From Octopus sinensis (lineage: Eukaryota), in NCBI RefSeq assembly GCF_006345805.1, contig NC_042999.1, forward strand, positions 109,616,001 to 109,680,000: 64,000 nucleotides of DNA. Reading direction: 5' to 3'. The notes under the pieces are model-generated. The model did no database searches, was not told the DNA's origin, and worked only from the letters and a program-made list of their open reading frames with translations. The translations under genes were made by a program, and so were the position numbers. Positions 37,260 through 51,975 of the stretch are shown here, piece by piece. The first letter of the stretch is position 1; each line of letters opens with the position of its first letter.

Positions 37260-40200
37260 TGATTCATAATCAAGGAAGGATGAAAAATGTTTTCCATACA
37301 AGTAAATTTTGTATAATCCAGTTTGACACTTTGGGATTAGATTAGAATTTTGCTTCTATTTTTCACATAGTTCCCTAATGTCATGATTGATTCTCAGTTT
37401 TTGTATGGAAATTGATTGATGTTTTGATGATGCCTACAAGCTGAGATTTAATATATGTAATTCTTAATTTGGAAATGGTGCCAGTTGAATAATTTCCTTG
37501 ATTTATTAAATTTTATTCATATTTTAAATTTATATGCACATACATATATATATATATATATATATGCATACACACACATATACATACATGCATATACATA
37601 CATATATGTATATATATATATATGAGCTGAGTGGAAAAAAATCTATGATAAAAAAACATATTTCATAATTATAAACAATAATGTGAATACAGAGCTGAAA
37701 TTAATAAAAAGTACCAATAAAAGTTACTTAAACAATAACAATATGACTTGCTGAAAACTGAGAATTTAATTATTTAGATACAAGTAGCAGAGCTGAAAAC
37801 TCCAGAAGTTTTAAAATTTTTATTGATGAGTAGAAACTATCCATATGAAGTTATCTTCAAATATCACAAACAGAATATTAAATCTAAAAAATTATTCATG
37901 CAATCTCTTCCAGTAACTTAAACATGAAAAATAGATTTACAAACAATACTGTTAATATTTTCATTTACATTTTCCACAAAAAGACATCTTACCTTCTTTA
38001 CTGATAAACAGTTTAATGGCATTTTTTTACTCATTGAAAACTTATCTTATGTTTTAATATGTAAAATAAGACTTTTAATCAATTGCTGCAAAGTGTGTGT
38101 ATGCACACACACACACACACCATAGGTAGGCTATGTTTTAAATAGCAGCAGTCCAATAAGCTTTTAAAGCTCTAAAGAAAAGTTGCAACTTCAGATAAAT
38201 TAGTAGAGGAGACTTTTTTCCATATAATGTCTGACATAGATGTAACAATAGTTTTTCTCATTTGGCACTTCTAACTGAGATGTATGTATCTGTAATACTT
38301 TATGCAAGTTAGTGTAGATATTGTTAAGTACTTTAGTAAGCAGTGAAACACATCTGTGTTAATAATTAAAATTACTGCTTAAATGTAAACATCCACCCAA
38401 CTCAAGCCATCATGGGAAAACAGGCTAAGTTACTACAAATGGTGAATAAAATGTGCATCTTTTCTCCAAAAAGAATAGCCTGAAAAATTTGCCTTACACA
38501 CCCAGAGCAAAACTAATTATTTGATTATCAAAGCATAAATTAATGCTGACGTGTAATTGATTGGAGATTATTTTCAACCTAATTGCTAATATAATATGCT
38601 TTCCCAAAGTAGCATAGATTGGAAGAATTCATAACAGCTACTTTCTAATAATTTTCATATAAAGGTAGTTATCTTTTAAACTTTCTTTTGTCTCCTTTAG
38701 TCAACTATATTGTTTTATGTTAGATCCTGGAATCTCTTCATTACATTTGCATGTTGTCTCCATATTATCAGAATCTTTGTTCAGAAAAAAAAATATTCTG
38801 AGTAGATCTCATCTAAGATGCAATGGTGGTAAATGACAGCATGTAGAAAGGGACTATATTGAAAACTCCTCCAACCCATACAAGAGACTGAGACAATAAC
38901 GTAGTTGAATATTTACCAAGAAAGTGCTCAATGTAAATTATTAGGGAGTTCATATTTAATCGAAAATAAAATTTATTTTACTTGAGAAATTCAGTTACAA
39001 AAAGTACCAAAGTTTCTACTCATCTTGCTTAGTTTCGTTTTGATCAACATAAAGATAATTCTGAATAAAATCAACTAGTTTGCTGATGAATATATTTCTC
39101 TGTTGCCTTATAATAATACTACTGGTATTTAATCAAATATCATTTAATTTGGAGAGCATAGCCATTGAAATTGAATAATTTTGTTACCCATAAGCTATAT
39201 TCTAAAATAGATTTTATAGGAAAATAAAGAAATTAGAAACAAATTCCTGAAATTTTACAAATAAGTATTCTTCAGAAAAATTGAAAGAAGCAATTTTACT
39301 CTTATACTTTTTAGTGATTACACATTTAAAAGGGTGAGAACATCTAAGAAATATAAGTGGCATTTCAATAGAATATTAATTACAAAATACAATGGTTAAC
39401 ATTTGAGAGTATAAACAGTCACTGTATATTTATTGATAAAAAATTGCTTGGAGATGTCAGTAAGACTTAAATGGCAAATATTTTAATAAGTTGCACAATT
39501 TGGAAAGCCAAAACAGTTGTTGAGGAATTTGTAGTTAACATGTAATAACTACTAGCTAACATCATCTACTACAGTGTTATCTTCACAGTGTAATTTCTTT
39601 AAGCAATTCAATTATTGAATTAAAATAAATAAAATATTTAATTCATTATTTACATAATGATGAAGACTATACAGTTATCTAATAAAATTATTACAAATTA
39701 TTTCCCCCAAATAATTTCATATACAGGATCTCTAAGTTTTTCTTTTTTTCTTCTATGAATCCACCTGTTTTAACTTGATCAAAATGTATAGCCTCAAGCA
39801 TTGAACACAAAACAATAAAAAATTTTCAAAGTAAAATAAATTGTACTTTTTCTGTTCAGATTGAAAGTAAAACATGTGATGGTTAAGAAAATTTGCTAAA
39901 CATTTACTTGCTATTGTTTCTAATATTTTACAACTAACCTTGAAAAGAGAAAAAAAAAGGGGTAGTGCTTAAGAAATAATTATTTTTGGTATTAAAAAAA
40001 TATGTCTTAAATATTTGTCAACAGACTGAATGAACATAAATAAAATAATCTTTTCTTAGGATAGCTTTATTACAAATAGAAGGAAAAAAAAAACATTTAT
40101 GGAAGTGTTTTTAAACTATTATAACAATCATTATTCCATTGATAAGAGTATGCAAGTATAGTGAATGCAAATATAATCAGTTATAGAGCCAAAGTTATTT

Positions 40201-43200
40201 TTGAAGAATCTCACTTCTAGGAAAGAAAACTTGACAAGAATGATGATTAATGAAGCTTATCAAAAACGGTTAAGAATAAACATAATTTCTTTTCCGTAAA
40301 ATGCTGGGTAATAAAAACAGAAACTTTTAAAATTCAAGTTTCTTATGAATTTGAAAATATAAAATGGGATTAAAATGGGTCAGTGTTAAACCCTATCTAG
40401 TAGATGAGCAATTAAGGGTCAGAAAATGAATAAGTTGACCTAAGATGAGAAAAAGAGAAGTTGATGTATTTAGTGTTTGATTGATGATCTAAAGATCAGA
40501 TGGCTTCAAGCAGTGAAGTAATTTGATAACAACTTTAACTTCTACTGGAAGCTTCCATCAAAATTTGACAGCAATATCCATATATAAGGGATATATTACA
40601 GCAATTCCTTAGTATTTATTTGGTTATAGACAGACAAAATATTACTCTTGATATTTTGACTTTAAAATAGACTCATTAGACTCATTATCTAAATATTTTT
40701 ATTAAAAGGAAAAAGAATTTGCTGATGACTTGACTTTAAAAATATAAAAAACAACTAAATGAAATTTATAGAGTTATTATTTAGCATGGATTTTAATTAT
40801 TAAAACTTAATTTGGAGGTGTTGGATTTTAAGCTTAAAAGATTGGGTAGTATGTAGTAACATGTGTGATAAGTGTGTGCATTTTGTCTATCATTATCTGC
40901 ACATTTGAAAAGAAAATCATATCCAAATAAAAAAAGCATAACCCAAAACTCATGCAAGATGTTCTTATATGAGAATGGATGATTATGAATAAGCATTGAA
41001 GGATATTGTTGTACATGATATGTTTAAGAAAATAACTAATGAGCGCTACACAAGAACAGTGAGTATATTAGAAAGATGCAATGAACAAAATCTAAAGAAC
41101 TAAGTATATTATGAATTAGCTTTTGTGACTGTTTTCTATGTCAGTATTCAAGTAATACTATCCTAGATATGAATGTAGTGAAGAGTTCTTCATTCAGGCA
41201 AGAGGGGAATCAATAAAATTTGATAGGGAAACTAGATGTTTTTAGAAAGAGGGGACAAGGAAATCTGAGACAGGATAAAAGCTAGTCTTGAAGCTCATTG
41301 TTAAATGGTAACACGATTTCTGCTGGTGGATTTCAGATTGTCAAACAATGAAAGATCAGAACAAAACTATTTTGTAAGGAAATAAAATAGAACAGATACA
41401 TACACAGCATTGGCTGACATTGGCTTGTCATGATAAGAAAGAAGTTGCAAGAAAAGCTTAACAAGTTTAAACATCCTAAGAAGTCATAGAACTTATCAAA
41501 TTTTGATATATTTAGTTTTGAATATGGATTATGATGAGTAATTGGAACAGCTCAAATTAGGTGTAATACATCAGTCTAGATTGTGTTTGCAGATGAAAAA
41601 GAGGAAATTTGTAAAAGGTGGGCAGTGGAAAAATTAACTACTAAAAATAACCTGTAATAGTATTCACAACAGCTTTTTTAAAATTAGAGTATTAAGTGGG
41701 GTGTGTACATAGTGAAATTTTTGACTAAGATTAACTATGGTGGGGGTGGAAAGTTTTAGCTGGAATTTGATGAAAATATGGAGCATAATTAAGAGAATTT
41801 TGTCAAATGAAGAAAACAAACAACTTGACTAAGTTGGAATACACAAGAACAATTGGAAAACTTTTTGATATCTGCATAGATTAATCAATGCTAAACTTTA
41901 CATGGTTACAAAGTTCACCTTTTTAGCTGAAGCTGATGCTGAGAATATAACTGAGGAAATAAGATTGGGGATTATTATTTGAGAGGAATAGTACATAATT
42001 TTATAATTTGAATTTAGTGGTGTTGAATGTTATATGAGTCAGTAAAGCTTCCAACTGATAATCTAAATGTTGTCTGAATACTGTGAATAATGAAGATTGA
42101 GTTCAATATTGTATACATCAGAATCATAAATGTTTTTTCTAGGAAATTAGTGTTTGATTTGGTAAATATTTATAACATTACAAGGAACATGTCTGAACAA
42201 GATAGAATGGCAGCTATTACACTTGGAAAATGTTTTGCATTTTGTGTCTGCAGCTGCAGCATTATGTTTCCATCTTATTACACACAAAAGGATGGTGGGA
42301 TCTAAACATGCTAATTAGATACCTTCTAAATATCATTAGTATGATAATTCTTTATACAATTAAGTTACATGTAAAACCAAATTTTCTTTATGAAACAACA
42401 TAATATTTTCATTTAAAAATAAATCATCAATCATTTACATAGATTTTAACATTTTTATTATTTTCAAATGAAAATACTATGCTGTTTCCTAAATGTTGTG
42501 TTACTTAACTAACTGGATGATGAATTATCATACTGATATTATTTAGAGCATATCTAATTACTGTTTCTAGATCCCTTTCTTTTTCTGTCTGTAACAAAAA
42601 AGTATACATGAATGCAGCAGCACATAAAATGTCTTTGAATTATAGTAGAAATCTTGTAACATGCACCATCATGAAGTTAGTGTTATACTAGTAAATTCAT
42701 TATTAAAATTTAACGATTTCATTAAAATTTTAAAGCAAATAACTTTTTCTGAAAATATATTTATCAAACGATATGTCAAGTCGAAAAGCTATAATCATGT
42801 AAAGTCTATTTTCTTTTACTTTTACATAATATTTAAGCATTCCAAATGAAATCATAGTAAACTGTTAATGGCTGCAAGAAATTAGAAAATCCTAGAAATG
42901 CTCTTCCAATTTGACTGATAATAAAAGTTGATATACTTATTCTTAGGGCTTCTAATAAAGAAAAAGTAACATAATCTGCTTTATGCTTACTGCATTTAAA
43001 ATTCAAATGTTGTTTGAAAAGCAGATGATCTTATTAAATCTAATTATATTTAGAATATTAAATAATACATGGGCATTTTCAAAGTATAAAGTAAATATTA
43101 CCTTGAGACTCTTACTTCATTAGTAAACTTCAAATGAGGTAATTATCTGATTAAAGAAACTTTGATTGTATTCTAAATTAGCTATTTATGGGCCGGTTCA

Positions 43201-43448
43201 TATTATTGGTTTTAAAAATGCCATGTTTTTAGAGAGTTGTCTAACTGTTATTGAGGATTTGCTCATAATATATATATATAAAAAAAAAATCACAGGAATA
43301 ATACAAAAACTTTTGTAGTGAAACTTTAACAGTTTGTCAAGGTTTCTAGTTAACTTTAAAGCTAGGAAAGTCACATTTCAATGGAGCACAACCCTAGGTT
43401 GATGCTGAGCAACTTGAAATATCAGTTTTGATTAAGAAACTTTCCCAA

Positions 43449-43535
43449 CAGAAGAAGGAGGAAGAAGGAGGAGGAGGGAGGAAGAGGAAGAAGAAGGAGG
43501 AGGAGGGAGGAAGAGGAAGAAGAAGGAGGAGGAAG
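43449..43535. repeat. Purine-only GGA/GAA minisatellite (about 30-nt period)
   Basis: gaagaaggaggaggagggaggaagag repeated. Confidence 0.9.
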
Positions 43536-45390
43536 TTTATTATTAAAGTTTTGGTGAAAGTATATCTATCCTAATGTGATCACCTGTTTAAAGAATCTAT
43601 TTCACACACTGTGCTAAACTATCCTAACAGTGAGGCCTCACAACTTGGCAAGTGACACCAAAGTGATTAGTTCTGCTTGCCATGATGTGATGGATGACTT
43701 GCAGATGGGGATCAAATGTAAGAAGTTTTCTTGGGCTTTTTCTTTTTCTTTTCAATTCTTTATTGTTTTTAGTGTTTTATTTGAATTTTTATCTACTTTA
43801 TCAATGATATAACACAATTCTGCACACATACTTAGATATATAAAATATATGCACAAAATGATAAAAAAAAAAAGTAAGCAGAGATAGCAAAGTTTAACAA
43901 ATATTATTTTATGGGTCAATACTCATAGTTTATTTGATTAAAACTTTTCCTCTTAATCCTCAGGAACCAAACTAAAAGATACTAACTGGTAGGGGATATT
44001 TTATATACCAGAGCATTACAGGTAGATTTCTTTCTGCCTCCAAACGAAAAACATAAAGAAAAATAATTAAGAATGTTTTGACGAGTTTGAAAGTGCATAG
44101 AAGTTAATATCATTAAAATATATGAATTGAAACGTTGATAGAAGGAACTTAACAGTTCAATACTTGTAATTAATATCACTTTGAAAGCACTGGTTCTTGT
44201 CTAATCACTAAAGTTAACCAGGTTAGTGGTTGGAAAATCTAGGAATTCTAAGCAACATTATTAGTTTAAAGGCCTTAGTAGTGTAGTAAGCAGCATGTCA
44301 GTCTTATACTCAATATAAGACAAAGAGGACCGAAACCTCTTACTATGCAGTAATCAATAATACTATTATAACCTTAATAATTTAGTCATGATCAGTGACA
44401 GTAACCAGATTATACGAGAGTTGTACTGTATGCCTAAAACTGATAGTTTATGTAAAAAGGTTTTTTTTCTGCTTCAGAATAAGTATGAGAATTCTCACTT
44501 AGAACCACTTATTTTACAAATACCCATGGGAAAGATACATCTCAGCATCCAATTTCTGTGCCTCTGAAAATCTGAGTTTCTTTCGTCTTTTTCTATGGTA
44601 ATATTCAAGATTCCTTTGTTATCTTATATGGTAATATGCAAGAGTCCTAGTTTTCTTCATTGACAATAATTCTCATTATTTGAATTGTTCTCATTAGATG
44701 TTCTACATATAATAGTTTACTTTTTTCCTAATGAACATGCAAGGAAAGTTATTCAGTTTATTATAGCTACAAGAAATTTGAAAAATATTTACTTTTCTTT
44801 TTACTAAAATAATGCTTTCTTCATACAAAATACAATTTATAAGACTAAAAATATAAATACAAGGAAATGTCAAAGAGAAATTACGACTGATTTGGAAGTG
44901 TTGAATGTTGATTTAGATTCCAGTTGTGAAGACTATAAAAACCCAGAAAGTTGAGCTGTTATGATACTGCTTTCATTGTTAGAAGGTTTAGAAAATCCAT
45001 CCATTCTACATCAGCAATGTGGGAACTAACCATAGAAAGTCATACATTCATTCTCTAAATAAGACCATCTCATGAAAATTAACTTTTTCTGAATCAAATT
45101 GTATGCATGTACTTCATATAGCATCTGCTATATGAAGTACACACAGTTTGTCATGGTTTTCTTTCGCTAACTTAACTTAAAAGTAGCAAAATTATTTTAT
45201 ATAACAGATAAATCACAATAAATAAAATAAATTATTGTTTTTTGATTTTTTTGCTAGTTAATTTTACTTTTTTTCTGGTTTTTACTATCTATAAAAATTT
45301 TCTCTAAGCTTTATTCTCTATTTCACTCTTTTTTTTTTTGTATCAGTAAACATCTAGAAAGATCCAAACTTAAGTATGATATTTTCTTAC

Positions 45391-45575
45391 CTGGTCGCAC
45401 ATCTTGCACTGGTAGGTTTTAGCAGCTTTGGTGGGCTTCACTGGCTGGGGTACCACCAAGGGTGCATTGGCAGCTGGAGTGGATGAGCCAACATGGGCAG
45501 TCCGATAGCCTCCGTTACTCTGAGTATTCGGACGTAAGTCTTGAACTCGATTCATATTATCTTGATTGACACTAT
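45391..45575 (-). CDS. rn: Internal coding exon of the rotund/lin-29 gene (DSVNQDNM...PLVVPQPVKP...KTYQCKMCDQ), first half of ZF1
   Basis: Acceptor ttttatatgcttacag|AT and donor CAG|gtaaga (45390). 185 nt, phase 1 to phase 0. Joining to 36820 gives YQCKMCDQ-VFTTKSDMLIHCQQIH, a complete C-x2-C-x12-H-x4-H finger. Confidence 0.88.
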
Positions 45576-46692
45576 CTGTAAGCATATAAAATGACATTCA
45601 AACTTAATAACAAGGTTTTCAAATCCTGTAAATAGCAGAGGCCTACAGAGTTGCAGCAGAATATTACAAGCTGTTAACACAGATTAGACAAATTTGATGG
45701 CCCTCTAATGAGATATAAGAATTCATATGTTGTAGTGCTTACTGTAAAATTGCTGTCAATTACTAAACAATTTTGATGAAAAATCTAAAGCCACAATAGT
45801 TTTCTCTTGAAAAATCCTAGACATAGGATACTAGTTACATATAACAGGTTTTCCAAAATTTCTAGAAAATTACTGGTCTTCACCAAAAAATTGAACAGAT
45901 TTTAAGATAATATATATTTTTTGTATCCATCACTAATAAACTTTAATCAATTTTCACTAGAACAGATCATTAATATCTGAAATAACACTAAATGTATTTT
46001 GTAGACAGTAATAAGTAATATCCTTGAAAAGCAACTTTGTATCTACTTTGTTTGTACTAAATTTCTAAACAAAAGTATGAAGTTGTATTTATCATCTAGC
46101 ATACAGAATGTTATACTTAATAAACCACCACATAAGAAACTAGTTGAACAAGGGCAATAGCAACAACAACACTAATAGCAAATATAAGTAAGGCAGGCTA
46201 CAACTGATGGCAGAGACTAGAGTTGGTAGAGATTAATGAGCTGGCATTTTTTAACTGATGTGGGTGGGGAAACTGAATTCCAAAGGGAATGGTGTGAAAA
46301 TACAGAAACCAAGAACTATTTTAAAGAGGAGTTTGTAAGTAAAATGTTTTAAAATACTTAAAATGAATTCATTTCAACAGAAAAATTGACTTCAATATAA
46401 CACTAAAAATAGAGAGAAAAATCTAATCTTAAAAAATATGGTCTCAATCTTTCAAATGTTTGTGAGACAAAAGACAAACATTTAACACACACATACACAC
46501 ACACACACACATACATATTTGTGTAAGGAGCCCATCTCACTGTCAACACCATAATTTCTTTCTCTGTGCAGTCTAATATCTCTGAAGGTCAAAAGTGACA
46601 TGAATGAGACACTGACATTGGTTGAATCACTGGTTGAAGTACTTTTGAAACTAGCATGGTGTGAAGAATGGGTAAACGATGCTGAGACATAT

Positions 46693-46918
46693 TTAACTGT
46701 TTAGCATTTAAACTGGTCTAAATATTCTACCTGTTTTATGTTCAAACCAGCAAGATCTGGCCTCTCACACCAATGCTACAATATCATTCGAAAAATACAC
46801 AATGACATTATTAGAATCTGAAAGCTATGAGATCATGCATGATTATGCATGATTAATTCAAAACAATGAATAAATAAGCAATAAATTTGTGAGAGTAATC
46901 TGAATGATAAAGGCTTAA
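46693..46918. mobile_element. Decayed TTAA-bounded MITE (piggyBac-like)
   Basis: TTAA-ctgtttagcatt ... aatgataaaggc-TTAA; degenerate terminal inverted repeats. Confidence 0.45.
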
Positions 46919-48355
46919 TATCTTTCAAGAGTAATAGCTAAAAGATATGGTGTTCAATATCATTTGGAGTTTTATGGTGTTGTGCTGAAACTAATGAATA
47001 ATGGCTAGTTTTAATTCTAATATTGATCAAATGACAAACATTCCAGTCTTCAGTGATTCCAAGTTTTTTTTCCTACTAAATAATCACCTAGTCAGCTGTA
47101 TGTTTTAGCTTTGAGAGTAAGTATACCCAAATTGTTTCATATCTATCTTTCTTTTGTTTGCAGATATGAACCTTCAACGTGTTTAAAATACATTACATTA
47201 AAGACAGAAATTGATTTAAAATGGTATCTGTGAAGATATAATTTAGATAATAAATAAGAGATGCTGTACATATATTTTGATCATATTTTTCATCAATACT
47301 TCTGGATTAGTAAACGCTATCCTTTGTGGATGAGGTGAGAATTAGACAAACCTTATGTTCAGAATTCCCTCTCATACTTGTCCCACCACCCACTCCCCAA
47401 AAAATCCCAATAATAGTAATCATTGACAAATACTTTTTTTTCTTCACTGCACAATTACTTGAAAGCTTTCAGGCTAATTTCTAGTATGATTTTTAAATGT
47501 TTTGTCTACTAAATAGGTTAATACTAAGTTGGGCATATTACATATAGTTATATAAGGATTGGTTATTGGAATTTTCTAAACCCTGCTTAATGTGAAATAC
47601 ATCCTATCTAATGGCATGCAAATTATAGTTTGGTTCATTCCATTCAGTAAAATTCTCAACATCCAACAGAAGAGACTGCACAATGAAACATCTCTATGAA
47701 AAGAGTCAATATTTTGGCAGAGGAAGGCTAAACAGAAAGAATATACATAAACATTTGGTAAATTAAAATGGCATCTGAGAAGTAACATGCTGAAAATGTA
47801 TGTTTTAATAATAACTACATACAGAATAATCCTACACATCAACAAGCACATGTGAACGGGGGTGGAAGAGAAATTTAGAATAGAAACTACCGAAATTTAA
47901 TGTAGTTGATTTGGCAGGATGTTTCAACTTTAATGACAAACAATATTTGAATCTCTATGCCAAAATTTTCATTTAAAAAATGTAATATCCTCAATGTAGG
48001 TAAAGAGAATACTAAATAATATGTAATTAATATGCAATAGTAAAAAATATTCTTCTGTATAGAACAAATGTAAAAATTAGATATATTTCTCCAGTAACAT
48101 TTTATTATGTCATTTACAGACTATTGGGATAATTACAATGATGTACACACACACACCTTCCAAGAGCATCTCTATACAATCATTAATGTTATAATATACT
48201 GATTTATGCCAGTTAATTCTAAATTTGTGAATCTGATAAAACTAAAGTTCAGTGAATTGATAAAGACTTCTAAAGAAACAATGATAACAATATATTAATA
48301 TACTTAGAAATAGTTTGTTTGCTACTTTTGGTCAAATACAATAACAACCTACATA

Positions 48356-48356
48356 T

Positions 48357-48415
<59 letters not shown>

Positions 48416-48472
48416 ACACACACACACACATATATATATACATACACACACACACACACATATACATACACA

Positions 48473-48542
<70 letters not shown>

Positions 48543-48560
48543 CATACACATATATACATA
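48356..48560. repeat. (AT)n/(AC)n compound microsatellite
   Basis: Directly visible. Confidence 0.95.
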
Positions 48561-51500
48561 TAATTAACAATATATGTATGTTTGTGTTTTGATACATTAT
48601 TCTTTATAATTTAGTGTAAATACTTCCAGTTTTTTTTCATTGTCCCTCCCATCATAATTTTACCTTCTCTTTTTGTATTTTCTCCTCCACCTCCCCTCAT
48701 CTCCAACTCTCTCAACTTATTTCAAATTCTCTATTTTTTTTTTATCTCTCAGTCTTTCTGGCATTTCCCCCTTCCCTTAAACTATTTTGTGGGAGCTTTC
48801 AGTCATCCTCTATGGTGTCAATAGCAACTCACCACCCAGGGGATTCCAAGTAAACTAAGAGTCATTTCCAAATTTAATTACATCTAATGGCCTACAGCTG
48901 TTTTGTTGGAGGTGAGCAGCATGTGTTTGTGTGTGCATAGCATGTGTTCGTATGTGTGAGTGTGTGTGTGAGAGAGAGAGAGAGAGTAAGAGAGAGTGAG
49001 TGAGAGAGAGATTCTTGCAGGGTTGGCAATCTTATGGTTGGTGGTCATAATGGAAGAAGATATAGTGAGTTGTGGTAGTCGAAGGTTAAGACATTGTGTT
49101 TATTGCAGTTTACATTAATGGCATGTTAACAGCTGGCCTGCTGATGCTTAAATGCCAGAAGAAGATGACTAGAGTGGAAGGATCTTGCTGACACAACAGC
49201 CAGACATGAGTTTAAAGACTAACCCCCACCTCCTACTCTGGACTCAACATTCCAATTTATAAAAATAGTCATTGAGGTCTTTTGTTTCCACCCATAAATA
49301 GAAATATCTAAAAATCTTTATTTTTTCCCCCTTTTCTTTCTCTCTCTCTTTTTCTCTCCTCCTCACTCACTTTATGAGAATGTTCTATTGAAGTTCAATC
49401 TTCTGCCACAATTCTTTATCCTTAAATAGAAACTTGTTGATAAAAGAATGGTTGATATTGTACTTGTAACACTGTTACCATTCTAAGTGTTTATTAAATT
49501 TTTTTTTCTTTGAAAAATTGAAATGATACAAATCAAGCAAAAAGACAAAATATATCTATAACAATGATTTCTGATATTGATACAAACCACATATTTTCAA
49601 GAGGGATGTAACTGTTTTACTACATACTAGTATATAACTGGTATCTATTTTATCAAATGCAGTGTGACGAAAGCAAAATCAACTCTGACAATGTTTGAAG
49701 TTAGAACATGCAATTTGTCACTCCATCACCCTGATTCCTAACATTGTCTCAAGGCTACACGCTTGAAGGAGAGGAACAATGGTTAGTAAAGGTTCAGAAA
49801 TTGAGAGACACAATGTGTCTCTCAATCAGAAGATGGACGAGTGAGTGAGGCATGTCAAAGTGAAGATGGCATGAGACTAGTTAATTTCAGAGAGTAAAGG
49901 CTACTGTAGTAGTGGTTGTAAAGAGAAAGAAAGAACTTTGAGAGTTTGAGGTGTATGCTATTCATATTTTGAGTGGGTTGAGCACAATATTGTATACTTA
50001 ATGTTTGATGTGATATTGTCTATCATCTGTTTAACAAGACAAAATTGACATGGCTTAACTGGAGAGTGTTTTTTGAGCCTATGTTCAGAGATTCCTTGTA
50101 GGGTTAGGTATGAGGTACCTCAGTTTTATATCAATGACAATAGGGTGTGGAAGATTAGGGAATATTATATGCCTCAAGTATTTGACTGGTACTAACATCA
50201 ATTATTACAGCATCTATTATAAATCAGAAGACTAGCAGAAGTTGTAAAGTATTGAATTAAATGTTTTACAACACTTAGTATTGACCCTCTAAGCTTTGAT
50301 TTTGAATATCACCAGGGTTGATTTTCGATGTTCATACCTGTGTAGTTGATAAAATAAATAACAGAAATAAACGTATTATGGCTAGGTTATTGATTTTACC
50401 ACTTCCTTACAAGCATAAAGTTTTGTGTCAAAGTGAAAAATCACTTCTTTTGGTTGAATTTATTTGAGTACAACACTGACATTAATTTGTCAATCCCTGG
50501 ATTGGTGATAATCATTATCAATATTGGCTAAATTTAAAAGCACAACAATGAAGCAGTGAACCAGAGATACAACATCTAATCTAGCACCCTACTATGATTA
50601 TTATTAGTATTATTATCATTATTATGATGATGATGATGATTTCTTAAATAAACGTTAAAACATTTAGGTGAAAAATGGAGAGCTAAAACATCCCATGCCT
50701 TTCACAAGGGCTTTTATGACAAATGGTTCCTACTGGGAATTAAAAATTGGTTTTAATATCATATGCACAAAGTCCTCACCATGCCCCAGATGAAATTTTA
50801 AAAGATAAAATCAAGAAAGCAGATATGGATTACTGATATAGCCTGTACTAATGAGAAAAACATTTATGAAAAGCATTTGCCAGCTGATATATTGTTTTAC
50901 ATAACAGAAATTGTGCATTGTTAACTATTCTTTTAAGTTTTTGGTTATCTTCAACCATTTAGTAGTATGCAGTTATAAAAGCTGAGTAACTTGTGCTTAT
51001 TTTTTTACATGCAAATGTTTCTGTGTGATTTTAGAAGTGAAGAGAGCAATAATGGAAATTATATAACTAAAACGGTCGGGGCAAAATTAATTTTGAAACA
51101 TGGCAGAATTATCAAAAATCTGTCCACAGACAAAAAACAAACATCACTACTGAAAATGAATAGCAACAAAAAAATAAATTAAGAATTAAATAAAGACTAT
51201 GATGGTAAAATATGTTTGAAAGATTATTTTATAGCTAATTCCTCTGTGACTAGTAAATATAAGAAAAAAAAAATTAACTTTATTATAATAGAATAGTATT
51301 CTTCAAATAATCTATTACTGAAGAGTACTTACTTTACTAAACAATTTGAATTTAGGAGATATAGTTAACAGCAAAAGTTTGTTTACACCAACCATATGTG
51401 TATCAATGCAAGTATTCCACTCAACATACCTATAGCATATTTATATTTATATGCAAATTCTCCACCCAACAATATTCAAGTGGAAATTTTATGACAAAAA

Positions 51501-51975
51501 TAGAGATGTACCAGGAAAATGTAGGATAAGTGCTTTGTATGGGAAGAACATATTTTGGACATACATTTAGAGTAAAGGAGTAAATTGGAACTGTATTTAA
51601 AAGATGAAATAGAAACAAGTTTAACAAAGAGTGACTATACTTCTTTATTTCCCTACTTGTGTTTACACAGATGTGTAATAATTAGAGAGATTGATGTAAC
51701 ACAAGGAGATACATGATAATAATAACATCATGTAATGAGCTACATGATAAAAGTCACGTGATAAAAAGCATAGAATAGAAAAGTGAGTGAAAAAAAAATA
51801 ATAACAGACAATAACGGAGCAGCATAAAGAAATGATTAATCTCTGATTTGCAATAATCTCTGATTTGCATACAAGAATGACGAAACATAAGCTGTTGTTA
51901 TAGTCTTTAAAGAAAAGACTAGTGAGAGATGGTGGTAAATCCTTTCAAGCACAAAGTGAGAATAAATATGCTCAC

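Larger units (their letters stand above)
36821..45390 (-). other. Phase-0 intron (8570 nt) splitting zinc finger 1
   Basis: GTAAGA...CTTAG boundaries; the join restores a full C2H2 finger. Confidence 0.88.

Noticed and set aside
36845-37301. ORFs 36845-37159 and 37053-37301 as independent genes
   Set aside because: No recognisable domains; they overlap the inverted exon copy and the acceptor region and are best explained as chance frames.
45576-45597. ATG start of ORF 45370-45597 (MSFYMLT)
   Set aside because: This sequence is the acceptor tract (ttttatatgcttacag) with TGA immediately upstream. An in-phase upstream exon exists, so it is more likely intronic; the VRKYHT tail is read-through of the donor.
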